A DNA stretch of 64,000 bases from Octopus vulgaris (taxonomy: Eukaryota): assembly GCA_951406725.2 (NCBI GenBank), contig OX597817.1:66154001-66218000 (forward strand). Direction: 5' to 3'. Shown one piece after another: positions 39,920 to 51,790 of this stretch (position 1 is the first letter of the stretch; each line of letters opens with the position of its first letter). Both the position numbers and the translations under genes were made by a program. The notes under the pieces were generated by a model that saw only the letters and a list, made by a program, of their open reading frames with translations, searched no databases and had not been told where the DNA came from.

Positions 39920-40149
39920 ATACCAACAGCGATTGTCAAGCGGTGGTAGGGGACAAACACACTCTTACACACAGACATATATATATGTGTGTGTGTGTGT
40001 GTGTTTATGGATACAACTGCTTACAAAAATGGGGTTTAATGTATAATTTCTTTCTATGTTCATAATTAAATCAATGTTTTAATGATTGCACAGAGGTTCA
40101 ATAGAATATCTCTCAGAAACAGACTACGTACAAATTCGTTCTTCACAAC

Positions 40150-40332
40150 TCCTGAAGCTGTTTTCTGACGGGGGGGGGGGGGGTCAGGAAATTTTCATAC
40201 AGCTGGAGGCTCCAATGGAAACGGGACTCGAAACGATAAGGTTGAGAAACACTGTTATAGATTATGCCTAACCGAAAACGATTACAGCCACATCATTCAA
40301 ACAGACCGGGTGAAATCGGGTTTAGCTGCTAG
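40150..40332 (+). mobile_element. 3' end of a Helitron carrying part of a hAT MITE (same family as 61944-62620)
   Basis: ccgggtgaaatcgggtttagctgCTAG|T; inverted match to 61944-62100. Confidence 0.65.
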
Positions 40333-41330
40333 TAAGAATATAAAAATGTCCAAGTAACCGGTTGTGATCTATACCGGCAAAAATTATACCTGGATGAACA
40401 ATTTTTGTCTTGCAGAGCACACTGTAGACTTCTTTTTGGACAAGTATCATCATAATTTAGATACCTTTATACAAGGTGTCGCCTACTTTCAGCTAGTGCA
40501 AATTCTCAGGGGACTGGATTGATGCCCTGCCTGTAGCCAACATTGGAAGTCTACTCAGTCTAGATCATAGCTTCGCAAATTGGGCGATATCGCCCACTGG
40601 TGGGCAATTTCAACTTATAGATGGGCGATGGTTGACTTTCTAGAAAATGGTGGGCGATTTGAGATTTTGATGGGGGATGTGAAGATTTTGTGGGTGACAA
40701 AGAATTTTTAGCAATTCGGTCTGCATTTACTTATATTTAAGCATGCCTAGAATAAGGATGCACTTTTATCGATTTGCACAATGACATGATGGAGTGATTT
40801 CAAGATGTTATTGCACTGAATATTCCAAATTGGTATAGCAATCCGTTTGAGGTTGATGCAGTCGATTGTGAGGACGGCGTTCAGGAGGAATTGATAGAAT
40901 TACAAAATGACAATGACGCCACAATGTGATATTGCCGTAATGGCAAAGGTTTGTCGTAACATCAAAGTATATTGAATTCCTACCCCAAACTGCGGAAACA
41001 TCTGAAATTACTTTTGCTTGCCTTCCCTACCTCGTACCTGGTTGAATCTGGTTTTAGTCATGTTGGAACTTTACTTACCCATAAAAGAATTGAATTGTAT
41101 GTGATGCAACGAAGAGACTTGTGGCTAAAGTTGACAAAACCGAATGTATCTGCACTAGCTGCATCGCACCAGACACATGGCTCTCATTAAAAAGTTGTAT
41201 TCTTTTCCTTTATAATACAATCATTAATTATTTTTGCATCGGTAGTTCTGATCAATGATTCATTTGGGGAAAATAAAAATCAGTGTAAAAGAAAGTGCAA
41301 GTTTACCAAAGTTAATCTGTCTGTACAATA

Positions 41331-43528
41331 CCGGGGTTTTCCGAAAATCCGCCCATCCATTAGATTGCCCATGGGCGTTTATTTGATGGGCGGTTATTTG
41401 TGGTTAAAGTTGAAACAGAGTTAGTATTCTTGTTTGCATTCTGTTGAGACGTTCATTTGCTCTACGTCTGTAGATAAATTCAAAGGATTTTTATTCCCGA
41501 TAATAGAGTCGAAAGAAAATATATCAAAACTTGTTCGACAATCATATACTATTTGTGAAAAATTGAGTGCTATTAAACGAGTAAAAAACATTCTGGTAAT
41601 TTATCTGCTGCGTCAAGAGACTTAGGTATCGATGTACAAAAGAAACTGAGTTAATCAATATGTCAGACAAGAGGAGGCGCAGATCAATTGGTGGAGGTAG
41701 AGGACTAGCACATAGAGATCGATAGATTGAACTCTTTCAATGGATTGTTGTTCAACGTGCAAACAGTATAATTGTAAATTATCGCCGTTTACGGGAATAT
41801 ACTTTTGAATTAGTAAAAAGATTCGGATTTGAAATGAACAGCTTTAGATGTTCTGATAACTGGATTGTCAATTTCATGAAATGGTATAAACTGACTGTGA
41901 GAAAGATTACACATGTTGGTCAAGCAGACAATAAAACACTTGGAGAAAAGGCACAAATCGCCAGTGACTATCTAGATAGCATTCCAGTATTAACAGCAAA
42001 TAAGGATGCTGACCAGATTTATAATATGGATGAAACACTTGTATACGTTGACATGTTGAGTTCAACATCCATAGACTTTGTTGGCAATAAAAATGTAGAT
42101 GCTAGCCACTGTGATGCTACCAAAGCTCGATTTACTGCTGTGTTGTGTGTTAATGCTGCAGGAAAGGTGTTGAAAACAATGATTATCCTTAAAGGATTGA
42201 AAAAACATGCCTAAAATCAAGGTCCTAAAGAATATTTAACAGTCTCCAACAAAGGATCAATCACATATGAACTCATGCAGCTGTGGGCTGACAAAATGTT
42301 CGGGCAGAGAACAGCACAACTATTCCATGCTCAAAATTCAGTGTTATTCATGGATGAATGCTCAGTGCACAAGAAAACAGAGCTCCTAGAAGTGTTCAAA
42401 CGTAGGAATACAATTCTCAAACTTATACCTCCTAAAACAACATCTTACTTGCAGCCGTTAGATGTATCAATTATTGGTCCTTTCAAGAAAGCCCTTCGTG
42501 CTGAATGGAAGAATTTGGTTTTCAAATGACAAAAAGGAGTATACAAATAAAGGATATCGCAAAAAACTTTCTTATCAAGAGATAGTGAACTTTGTGACCT
42601 AAGCTGTTGCCACTTGAAATAAAGTAACTATAAAGCGTGCTTTTGAATGTTGTGGAATTGCTCATCGTGGACAGACTGTAGAACTAAGCCTCAAACTCAC
42701 TCTTACAGGATGTTTTGCCTGGCCTTGAGGTAAATGTGCTAGATGCACATAATGACAAAATTGAAGAAGATGAGATACAAGTAAGTGAAATTTGCTCTGA
42801 TGTGAGTTATGGCCAAGCATCAAATGAAGAAATTCGTGATATTTAGCTTGAAACTATTCTGTTATTGTGACGTATATTTGCCATTTAAATATGGCTAAAC
42901 CCTAAGGGTGGATGCTACTGTAGTTTGTAGCCCCAGGAAGACACCTCCTCCAGCTGGCTTTAGACACACTTTCTGTGCTATTAAACGAGTGTGCCTAAAG
43001 CCAGCTGGAGGAGGTGTCCTCTTGGGGCTACAAACTACAGTAGCATCCACCCTTAGGGGTTAGCCATATTTAAATGGCAAATATACGTCACGATGTGTTG
43101 CAGCTACTGTTTATAACTCGCTCTAAGATTTATTATATTCGGTTATTATTCTACCATAAATGCCAAGTACATTATTTGTTCATACGAGGCTTCTATTCAT
43201 GTTTGCAACAGTTTAATTTTCAATATTTCCTAATAGATCCATTGTTAACTTCAGAATATTTTTTAATATGCTACTTCTTTTAAGGCTGTTTCAGCTTCTT
43301 TATGTCTATGTATCTGATAACTGAAACGAGAGAAGTTCAATGGAATTGTATAAAATAAGTATGGTTTTTGAGAATACCTTTGTTTTTCGTAGGTGAAATA
43401 TTTTTCTTCCATGTTACTACCCATGGAGGCTTATTTTAGGTGGGCGGTTATTTAAGCAAAAAAAAAATAGTTTTGTAAAATAGAATATTCCGTTTAACAG
43501 CCCTGGGCAGATTTTCGGAAAACCCCGG
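41331..43528 (+). mobile_element. pogo/Tigger-family transposon, decayed, nested in the hAT element
   Basis: TIR ccggggttttccgaaaatc / gattttcggaaaaccccgg after TA; CENP-B-like FRCSDNW..F; DDE motifs YNMDET, LFMDECSVH and LQPLDV. Confidence 0.88.
42867..43091. mobile_element. Near-perfect 225-bp palindromic MITE inside the pogo element
   Basis: ~105-bp arms gtgacgtatatttgccatttaaatatggctaa... / ...ttagccatatttaaatggcaaatatacgtcac. Confidence 0.85.
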
Positions 43529-44292
43529 TTTAAACTTAACGTTAGAATTTTATTCAAGCGAACAGCAAAACTAAACCCACAATAAGGAATTTGTAAACAA
43601 CTGCATATTTAGTCCAAACGGCACTAACCAAGCAATGAGTCTACAATATAGTGTGTGTGTCAAATTATACAAGGGGGTGTTCTAGGGGATTTAGTGTTAG
43701 GGGGATGGTTGTATCAGGGATTTTTTTTTACAAAGGTGGGCGATGGAGCAATTTTTGGTCGATAAGTGGGCGATATTGCAATTTGACGCGAAAAGTTTGG
43801 GAAACACTGGTCTAGTTGAACTCCGCATCTCTATCGCACTCAGAGTGGGAATTGACATCTGTAGGGGACTGAGATGTCACTGTGGTAGGCCCCTTGACCC
43901 CACAAGCCTTCACGGTCTATCTTGCAGCCTAAATGCTGGTTGCTTCGCTCGTCACACCAAGCTAAACCCAATCATTAAGCAGGCCCAAGCTCGGATTAAT
44001 ATCCCCTCAGTTCTGGAGCTGTCGGGGTTATACAAAAGTGATGGAAAGAGACCAATGGTTTCAATGCAGTTTTAAGGGAAAGATTTGGAAGAATTAGATG
44101 AAAGTTCTCTGGAAAATTTCTTTCATGTAAATAAATGTCTATGTTAATTTAAAAATTTGTCGGCAAAATCTTATAAATTGACAATGTTCTAAAAGATGTA
44201 CATGTTTATGTTATATATGAAAATAAAAATTTTACTACTTCGTACAACATCGCAATATCCTCGCCTTGTAGGGTGTTTAGTACTTGCGCGTA

Positions 44293-44511
44293 TCTCTTAT
44301 TATAAAAGGCAGATTTTATCTGCCTCCCTTTGTCTCTTATAGAAATCTACAATATAGGATTTCTTCAATTACAATTTACCTAGCATTTTTAAGAGTAGAA
44401 TACATCGGGTCGTGCCAGGTCCAGTTTTTAAAATTTCAACCCCAATTAAGCAAAATTTCGAGAAAACTCACATTGTAGTGTGTAAGTGAAGTGCTTTTCT
44501 TAGTGTGGGCT

Positions 44512-44578
<67 letters not shown>

Positions 44579-45445
44579 AGCGAACTGCTTCACTGATGCT
44601 ATCACCCTAATTTCTCCTCCTTTCTCTTTGCAAGTGTGCAACCATTAAAGTGAAAGTATTTATAAAACGAGAGAAGTGTACCTTAAAGTGTTTATAAAAC
44701 GAGAGAAGTGTACCTTAAACCACTACTCAAAAAAACAACAGCAACACAGCAAATAGAAACAAATAAATACATAACGATTTACTCCTCACACAATTTCTTC
44801 AATTAGAGTTTACCTATGATTTTTCAAAGTACTTCCATTCGGTCATGGCATACAAAATTTCTTTCAATTTCACCCCCATTTCAGAAAAAAATTCGAGAAA
44901 ACTAAATATTTTACCATTTCACTCTTTCACTCTGCATTCCCACTTCCTCTTTACACACATAGACACGCAAATATATAAATAAAATTGTAAGCTAATGTGT
45001 GTGTGTGTGTGTGTGCGTGTGTGTGAGTGTGTGCGTGTGTGTGTGTGAGGGTGCGTGTGTGTGTGTGTGTGCGTGTGTATGAGTGTGTGACAGGAAAGTT
45101 TTTTAGGACGAATATAAGATCTAAAGTATATCCAAGTAGCAGAAAGATCGCCCAAAAGTGTATATAGATATTTAAATGTATTTATATATTCATCTATACA
45201 CAGATGTATGTATAATGTGTGTGTATATATTTCCATAGACGTAACCATTCACTCCGCACAAAGTTTTTTAGGACGAAAATAAGATCTAAAGTTATCTCTA
45301 AGTCGCACAAAGATCGCCCAAAAGTGTATATAGATATATAAATGTATTTATATATTCATCTATGCACACATGTATGTATAACGTGTGTGTATATATTTCC
45401 ATAGAGGTAACCATTCACTCCATACAAAGTTTTTTAGGACGAAAA
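44293..45445 (+). mobile_element. Probable Helitron 5' portion with microsatellites and an internal ~166-bp tandem repeat
   Basis: A|TCTCTTATTATAAAAGGCAG start like the other Helitrons; (CA)n 44515-44572; aaagttttttaggacgaa recurs at ~45095, 45260 and 45426. Confidence 0.5.
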
Positions 45446-45446
45446 T

Positions 45447-46288
45447 ATTTATATACAAAAGAAAGGTTGTGTGTCTGTCTACTCCGATTTAGATTCCTAA
45501 CTACTCCCACATTTTGCGATGTAGTTTAACCAAAACCGGGTATCTTATAGTCGTGATTCATATCGAGCCCTTCTGGGTATTAGCGTGCGTCTACGATGAG
45601 TCTACGATTTTACAAATAATTTACCATCATTTTTTCCATTTTAATGCATATTTTTTAATAAAGGGAAGTAACTCTCAAACTTCACACCAATATGCGTGTT
45701 CATATGCGACGTAATATCACATCAGCAGCATTTCCTCACACCCTCCTTGCACTTGGCGAAGGCAAAATACCAGGGGATGAAAATGGTAATATTGCCATCG
45801 ATTCCATTTGTACCATTGTTAAGACGCCTTCTGATCTCAGAGGTGCAGTGTTCCCAGATCTACAAGCTAATTATCAGAATATGGATTGGATTGGCAAAAA
45901 GGCTATACTGGCCCCGAGGAATAAAACTGTTCATCATATTAATGATGAAATGCTAAAACTCATTCCTGGGGAAGTCTATGTATATCAGTCTATCGATACA
46001 ACTCCTGACCCAGAGGACGTCATCAACTATCCAATAGAGGTACTCAATTCCTTTGAGCACCCCGGACTACCACCACACTTTCTCAAACTTAAAGTTGGTG
46101 CCCCTATAATGCTCATCAGAAATTTGGTTCCCCAAAACAATGCAATGGCACACGTTTGATCGTTAAGTCCTTATCTCCCACCGTAAACTTATATCAATAT
46201 TTGCCTGAATAATCATCATAATTCAGTGCAATCATTAACAGTACTTTCAAGCAATTCAGCCCCGAGCAACGCCGGGCAATTCTGCTAG
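45447..46288 (+). mobile_element. Helitron retaining a PIF1 helicase fragment (45692-46159)
   Basis: KAILAPRN..V..IN...YPIEVLNS...GLPPH.LKLKVGAPIMLIRNL; cccgagcaacgccggg hairpin plus CTAG|T. Confidence 0.88.
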
Positions 46289-48156
46289 TTTATAATATGT
46301 GTTCACGCAGCACCAAAGTCACGATGTTTTGTTTGTTCAACCGTGATATGCACCCGATAGTCACGTGACTGTCCTTTTAGTCAGCTTATTTTGTCGTGAC
46401 ATTAGCTAGAGACACTGCCAAGTGGTGTCAAAATTTTCCCAGTCAAATACATTGTGCCATGCAGTTAAAAATGGATCAGTTGTTGTCAGCACAACTGCGA
46501 AGAATGGAGTCATGAGTGAATTCTCTTTATCGTTAGACGGACTATAACAATTTAGACACACAAACGTATTTTTCTCTCATTGAGTACATTTATCATTCCT
46601 TTTCATGAGAATGGCTTTATTCTTGTACTACAGTGATTCGTTATTTATATCGACCAAATACAGGAAAAATGCAATTGACTGCCTCTTTTAGCACATGCTT
46701 GAGCTGATTCACATTTTGAAAATCTTTGTGCTGGTTCTTTTTCATCTATCGCATTGTATTTAACATGCCCTTTCTCTTACAAAAGGAAGAAACATGTTGC
46801 AATATCAATTTTTTCTTCAAGGATCAGGCACTGAAATTTTCGTGACCATTATGTTCGTACAAGTCCTTCTTTTATCGGACTAAGTATGGGACATTATTTA
46901 GATTTGAAAAATTAATTTGTTAAATTGCTGGAAGATTTAATCATTTGCTTTTTTTTTTTACTTTCTATATCATTTTGATATTTGAATTTATTCATTGGTT
47001 ACACACACACACACTTCTTATTTTAAATTGTGACCTGAATAGAAACCAGCCTCATCCACATTTTATAACTTGCAACTGTTAATCATATTATTTTATATTG
47101 GTGACTCCGACGTGATCAGCCTAAGCTATTTCCCCATCTACTAAAAAAGAGACAACGTAAAACAAATAATTGAGTTAACAGATAATATAGTCGAGGTTAA
47201 TTCTCTAGTATCTAGTGTCAGTAATGTAACTGTTGATCCTGCTTCATCTTCTATGAACATTACTACAATACCGTATTGTTACAAACTCCAATTGCGCGCA
47301 TGGAACGAATGTCCGAGTCTCTCTGATTTTCTAATTTCAGATGTAATTTCTTTCGTATGCATTCGCTTCCTTAAACTCCCTGTCCTTCAAGGTGAATTTA
47401 ACAATGCTGTTCGTTCCACCGCAACATCAGAGTAAGGGCTCACCAGTACATTCAACACTCGTATTTCACGGGCAAGCTTGTGTTTGATTCTTCTTATTAG
47501 TAAAGAAACTTTCAAGGGAAAAATAGATGCAACGGATTTGCCTAGCCCGGATAAAAACTGTAGCTTTCGGTATGTACACGACGGGACATCAAACATATAT
47601 TTCCAATTTCAACACTTAACCTGTAGAAAACCAGACAGTAAACTTCTTTAAACCATTGGATCTCTTGGTCAAAGTTATCTTTACATTTGGCCTTGAACCA
47701 TGAAAAATTATACAGCTTAGATTAGATGATTATAAATAGTCGAAATGTGAAAACTATTGGTTCGCTGCGGAGATGTATTAGCTACAATTTGTAGGAAGTC
47801 GAGCAATCATGTAAAGGACCCTACTGTTATCACTAATGGTGGCAGCGATTGCTGTAGAGTGAAAGTAAACGCCTTGCTATCCGAGTCAAGAAACAGGTAT
47901 TCGATTCGCATTAGCAGCCAGCTGATTTCACTAATATCTCTGCAGGAAAAGGCATAAAATATCACAAAAAGAAATATTTGGCAAACAAATATAATGTAGT
48001 CGGATCCTGTTGGGAATATCCTAAAAACAAAGTTTGTGATCCGGTTTTGTTTTATAGAATAAAATGGGTTGATTCGTTGTCATAACTATTGAATCTGAAA
48101 CTTTTTGTCAAAAAATTCGTCATCAGTGACGGAAACAGTATTAGTTCAAAATTGCA

Positions 48157-48739
48157 GTCTATCTTACTCAACGTAGATAAACTGTAAACAATCACATAAT
48201 TGCATTATTCGCTCCGAGAAAGAGTCTCGTATAGACGTATAGTGCTAAAAACCACAGAAAAACATCAGTAGCAGATGAAAAGCGCCCAGTAGTAGTGGTA
48301 GAATTGCTAAATCTAGATTTCTGTGTATTTGCACATCACCAGTGGTAAGTAACCACCAGCAACCGCACGCTTTGACAAAGTTAGCTTCTGTTGCTATACA
48401 AAAACAGATTAACAAATCATTTGTGTCACCAATAGCCAGCAAGGCTTGGTAAAAATTCGTTGATGTTAATGATTTGTTAAATACTGTTTTTGTCTGTCAG
48501 TAGGAGCTACATCTGTCTAAGTATGCGGTTGCTAGTGAATGCTTGCTATTGATGACGTTCAAATACCCGGAAATCTAGATTTAGCCATTCCACCGTCACT
48601 GCTGGACGCTTTTCGTCTGCTACTGATGTTCTCCTGTGCTTTTTTTTTTAGCACAATACGTCTGTATAAGATGCTTTCTCGAGACGAATACCACAGTTAT
48701 GTGGCTTTCTACCGTATATCCACCTTAAGTATGATACAC
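48157..48739. repeat. Long imperfect hairpin (~265-bp arms, ~45-bp loop)
   Basis: For example, aacatcagtagcaga / tctgctactgatgtt, gctaaatctagatttc / gaaatctagatttagc and ttaacaaatcatt / aatgatttgttaa. Confidence 0.8.
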
Positions 48740-49052
48740 AGGATACTTTATACCTTGTTAAAAGAATTATTATTCGTTGGTTGTGTTATAATTCATATTT
48801 TATCAGTTTATGGCGAACCGGCAATTTTTTCAGTAATCATTTTTATTCTTTTCCACTCGCAATGTCTCCCAACACCACCACTAGATCTGATATTTCCAGC
48901 CTTTGTATAAGAAACTATTAACATGATAATTAACCAGTTTTGCTGCTAATTACCGCTTTTCTGTTCAGCATTTAAACTTAATTAAAGGGAGGTTATCTGT
49001 CATTGTTTTTTTTGTTTCTACTGTCGTAATAAAATAACACAAACATCACCTG

Positions 49053-49074
49053 TGACGTGGCGTGATCTGATTGG
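49053..49074 (-). promoter_or_regulatory. ERSE (CCAAT-N9-CCACG) overlapping a UPRE-type TGACGTGG
   Basis: Plus strand CGTGG(49056-60)-cgtgatctg-ATTGG(49070-74); TGACGTGG at 49053-60. Confidence 0.65.
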
Positions 49075-49076
49075 CT

Positions 49077-49104
49077 TTCTAGATGGTTCTCGAATGTTCT
49101 AGAA
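49077..49104. promoter_or_regulatory. Heat-shock element
   Basis: TTCtaGAtggTTCtcGAAtgTTCtaGAA: six nGAAn units, five of them perfect. Confidence 0.88.
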
Positions 49105-49119
49105 GTACACGTCACAGAC

Positions 49120-49131
49120 TATTTATAAATA
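49120..49131 (+). promoter_or_regulatory. TATA box of the DNAJB gene
   Basis: TATTTATAAATA just downstream of the HSE; YY1-like CCGCCATTT at ~49162; probable 5'UTR intron gtaaac (49227) to ttttataaatag (49337). Confidence 0.7.
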
Positions 49132-49390
49132 GCCTCGGCGTCTTACTACACACTTTTCACACCGCCATTTTACGATGCCATGTCGTGTAATTGGATTGTG
49201 AAGCTTTCACTTTTTAACTATTGTAGGTAAACAATTTAGGATTTTTTTTAATATACTTTAATTGTTGCATATATATCTATACACATTGAGAGAAAAAGCA
49301 GTCAATCCCATTACTCCCTTTTTCTTTTATAAATAGAAGGCTTGATAGAATTTTGTTTTAAAAATTGATTTAAAACGCAAAATATAAACG

Positions 49391-50188
49391 ATGGGGAAAG
49401 ATTATTACAAAATCTTAGGTCTCAATAAAAATGCAACGGAAGATGACATCAGGAAAGCCTATCGGAAAATGGCTCTGAAATACCATCCGGACAAAAACAA
49501 ATCTCCTGGAGCCGAAGAAAAGTTCAAAGAGGTAGCCGAAGCATATGAAATCCTGTCCGACAAAGAAAAAAGGAAAGTATTCGATTCTTATGGAGAAGAA
49601 GGACTTAGGGGCAATGTTCCCGGTGGTATGGGTGGGGAACAAGGTGCAAACTTCTCTTACTCATTCCACTGTGACCCGCACGAAACGTTCAGGATGTTTT
49701 TCGGGGATGAAGGCCCGTTCAATTCGTTTATGTTTAGTTCATTCCCAGGTGATCAAAGATCGCAACACCAATCTGGCGGTTTTGTTGGCGATGATATGGA
49801 TGTAGATGAACCATTCTCGCACTTCGGTAGACATGGCTTTAATATGGGTGGACCGTCGTTCCGGCGACAAAAGGAACAAGACAAACCGATTGTCAAGGAT
49901 CTACCTGTGAGTCTTGAGGATATCTGCACGGGTTGCACGAAGAAAATGAAAATCACACGAACGATAATGGTCCAGTCGAACAAACAAGTCAGAGAAGAGA
50001 AAATCTTAACAGTAGATATCAAACCCGGTTGGAAAGCCGGTACGAAGATCACATTTCCAAAAGAAGGAGACCAAACCCCTTATAATATACCTGCAGATGT
50101 TGTGTTTGTCATCAGAGACAAACGGCATCCTGTCTTCACGCGTGATGGAAATGATATACGGTATAAAGCTAAAATATCATTGAGAGAG
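49391..50188 (+). CDS. DNAJB4: Hsp40 class B (DNAJB1/4/5-like), coding exon 1
   Basis: MGKDYY...HPDKN J-domain, G/F region and C-terminal domain [12 protein letters not shown]; phase-0 donor GAG|gtgagt. The exact paralogue is uncertain. Confidence 0.93.
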
Positions 50189-51335
50189 GTGAGTCAGTCA
50201 AGAGTTCGTTTTTTTTTTTTAATTATTATTACTTAATATCCAAAACTTTGTCCTTAGGCAAAAAAAAAAAATAAACAATAGGATTGCCCGATTTTTAAGT
50301 CTTTAAAGTTTTTTTTAAAGCTGACGTGTTTCAAATGCAGTCCCATTGTGACCATTCAGTTATGCAGACCTTTTGTATTTAGGATTATATTGCGCAATCT
50401 TGGAGTATAACGTACCCTTTTCAGTTTCGCAAGTACAAATGGCTGATGGCAATAGTAATAATGCTCAATGAGAATTTTTAATAAATGAAGAAAAGTTTTG
50501 GATAAATGCTTGCATCCAAATTGAATTAATTTTATATTATAGAACAGCAAAGCTATGAAGGACTAAAAATAAAATTACAGAATATTTTTCATGAATAGAA
50601 CGTGGAAGCTTATAAATTACGGAGGTAAAATCTCAAGAAAAGTGAAACTGTTACATTATACGCCTAAATAGGTCTGCATTGTCCTGTCTGGTTTTAAAAT
50701 GGCAAGACGTGATTTTGAAAAGATTTGACTGCTGTTTCTAGCATGTCGAGGCCGGCACTATTGTCATTCTATCATTCAGTTTTAATTTTGAATGAAAACT
50801 CCTACTTCAGACAGGGAAAATCACTTCTATTTCATGGTTGCCTGGAAAGGAAGTGCCCCACTCTCGAACCTCTGTTTGTAACCATTACTGGTAAATGGAA
50901 GCAATGCCTACATTTGGACCACTACAGTTTTCTTGTATGCCTTGCTTTCTAAGTGCTTATTCATCTCGATATGGAATCTGTCGGTCATTTTTGTCCTAAA
51001 TTATATTGTCTTAAAATCTTTTTATTAAATATTGGTTTCTTCATAGTCACGAGTATATATATTCTATCTTGTATTTGAGACAATGCAGTGTGTGTACATA
51101 ATACTTATGTTAATTCATGTTTGAAAACTGGCCGAAGTAACGATAGTTACATAACTGAAAAGATAACATTCTGTAAATATCTTAACGGTCCTTTCTTCCT
51201 GTCTCATCTATCTATCTATCTCTCTCTCTCTATATATATATGTGTGTGTGAATACACGCAAAGTACAATGCTTCCCGATACTTGAGAAAATAACTACCAA
51301 CTGTTTGCATATTATTAGGCTTCTGTCTTTAGCTT

Positions 51336-51370
<35 letters not shown>

Positions 51371-51619
51371 CAGCATTCCTCGACAACAGTTTGCATTATT
51401 CTGGCAAAGTTCTCGCACATTCCTAACCACTATCGGAATGCTGGCCTTCTTTTAACAGAAGCAATTAGTACGTGGGTGGGTTTAATGTTAATAGTGTGTG
51501 TGTGTGTGTCTATACACACACACACACACACACACGTGTAGGTATTTCGGATAAGATTGTGACTTTCATGCTTTTCTCATTAGTGATAATGGCGACTGCA
51601 TTCTAAGTCTGGTCTACTA

Positions 51620-51790
51620 GAATCTTTCCAGAAGTTTCTCTTCTCCAGATCGTAGAGAAGTGTTAACTTTTTTCTTTTGTTTTAGTGTTCTGGAAACACT
51701 GCTGGGTATTTCTATGGAATAGCGTCGTAAGTGGTCTATTATTCCAGAAGCTGTGATTTCTTTAGATGCTTGTTTCCAGCATCGGAAATA
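51620..51790. promoter_or_regulatory. Intronic HSE cluster
   Basis: TTCcaGAAgtTTC (51626-51638), TTCtgGAA (~51688) and TTCcaGAA (~51742). Confidence 0.5.

Larger units (their letters stand above)
40566..43809 (+). mobile_element. Internally deleted hAT element
   Basis: TSD gtctagat / gtctagtt; degenerate TIRs; dimerisation-domain fragment AFPTSYLVESGFS (40972-41190). Confidence 0.8.
40440..44060 (+). mobile_element. RLE-type (CRE-like) non-LTR retrotransposon C-terminal fragment, split by a hAT insertion
   Basis: GDWIDALPVANIGSLLSL (to 40565) rejoins ELRISIALRVG..CHC...HGLSC..ARH...DGKRP (from 43810). Confidence 0.75.

Noticed and set aside
45692-46159. Host PIF1 helicase gene
   Set aside because: Frameshifted fragment enclosed by Helitron termini
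50189-50236. C-terminal [15 protein letters not shown] of the 281-aa DnaJ ORF
   Set aside because: Intron read-through past a consensus gtgagt donor; the true C-terminus is in the exon at 57559-57789
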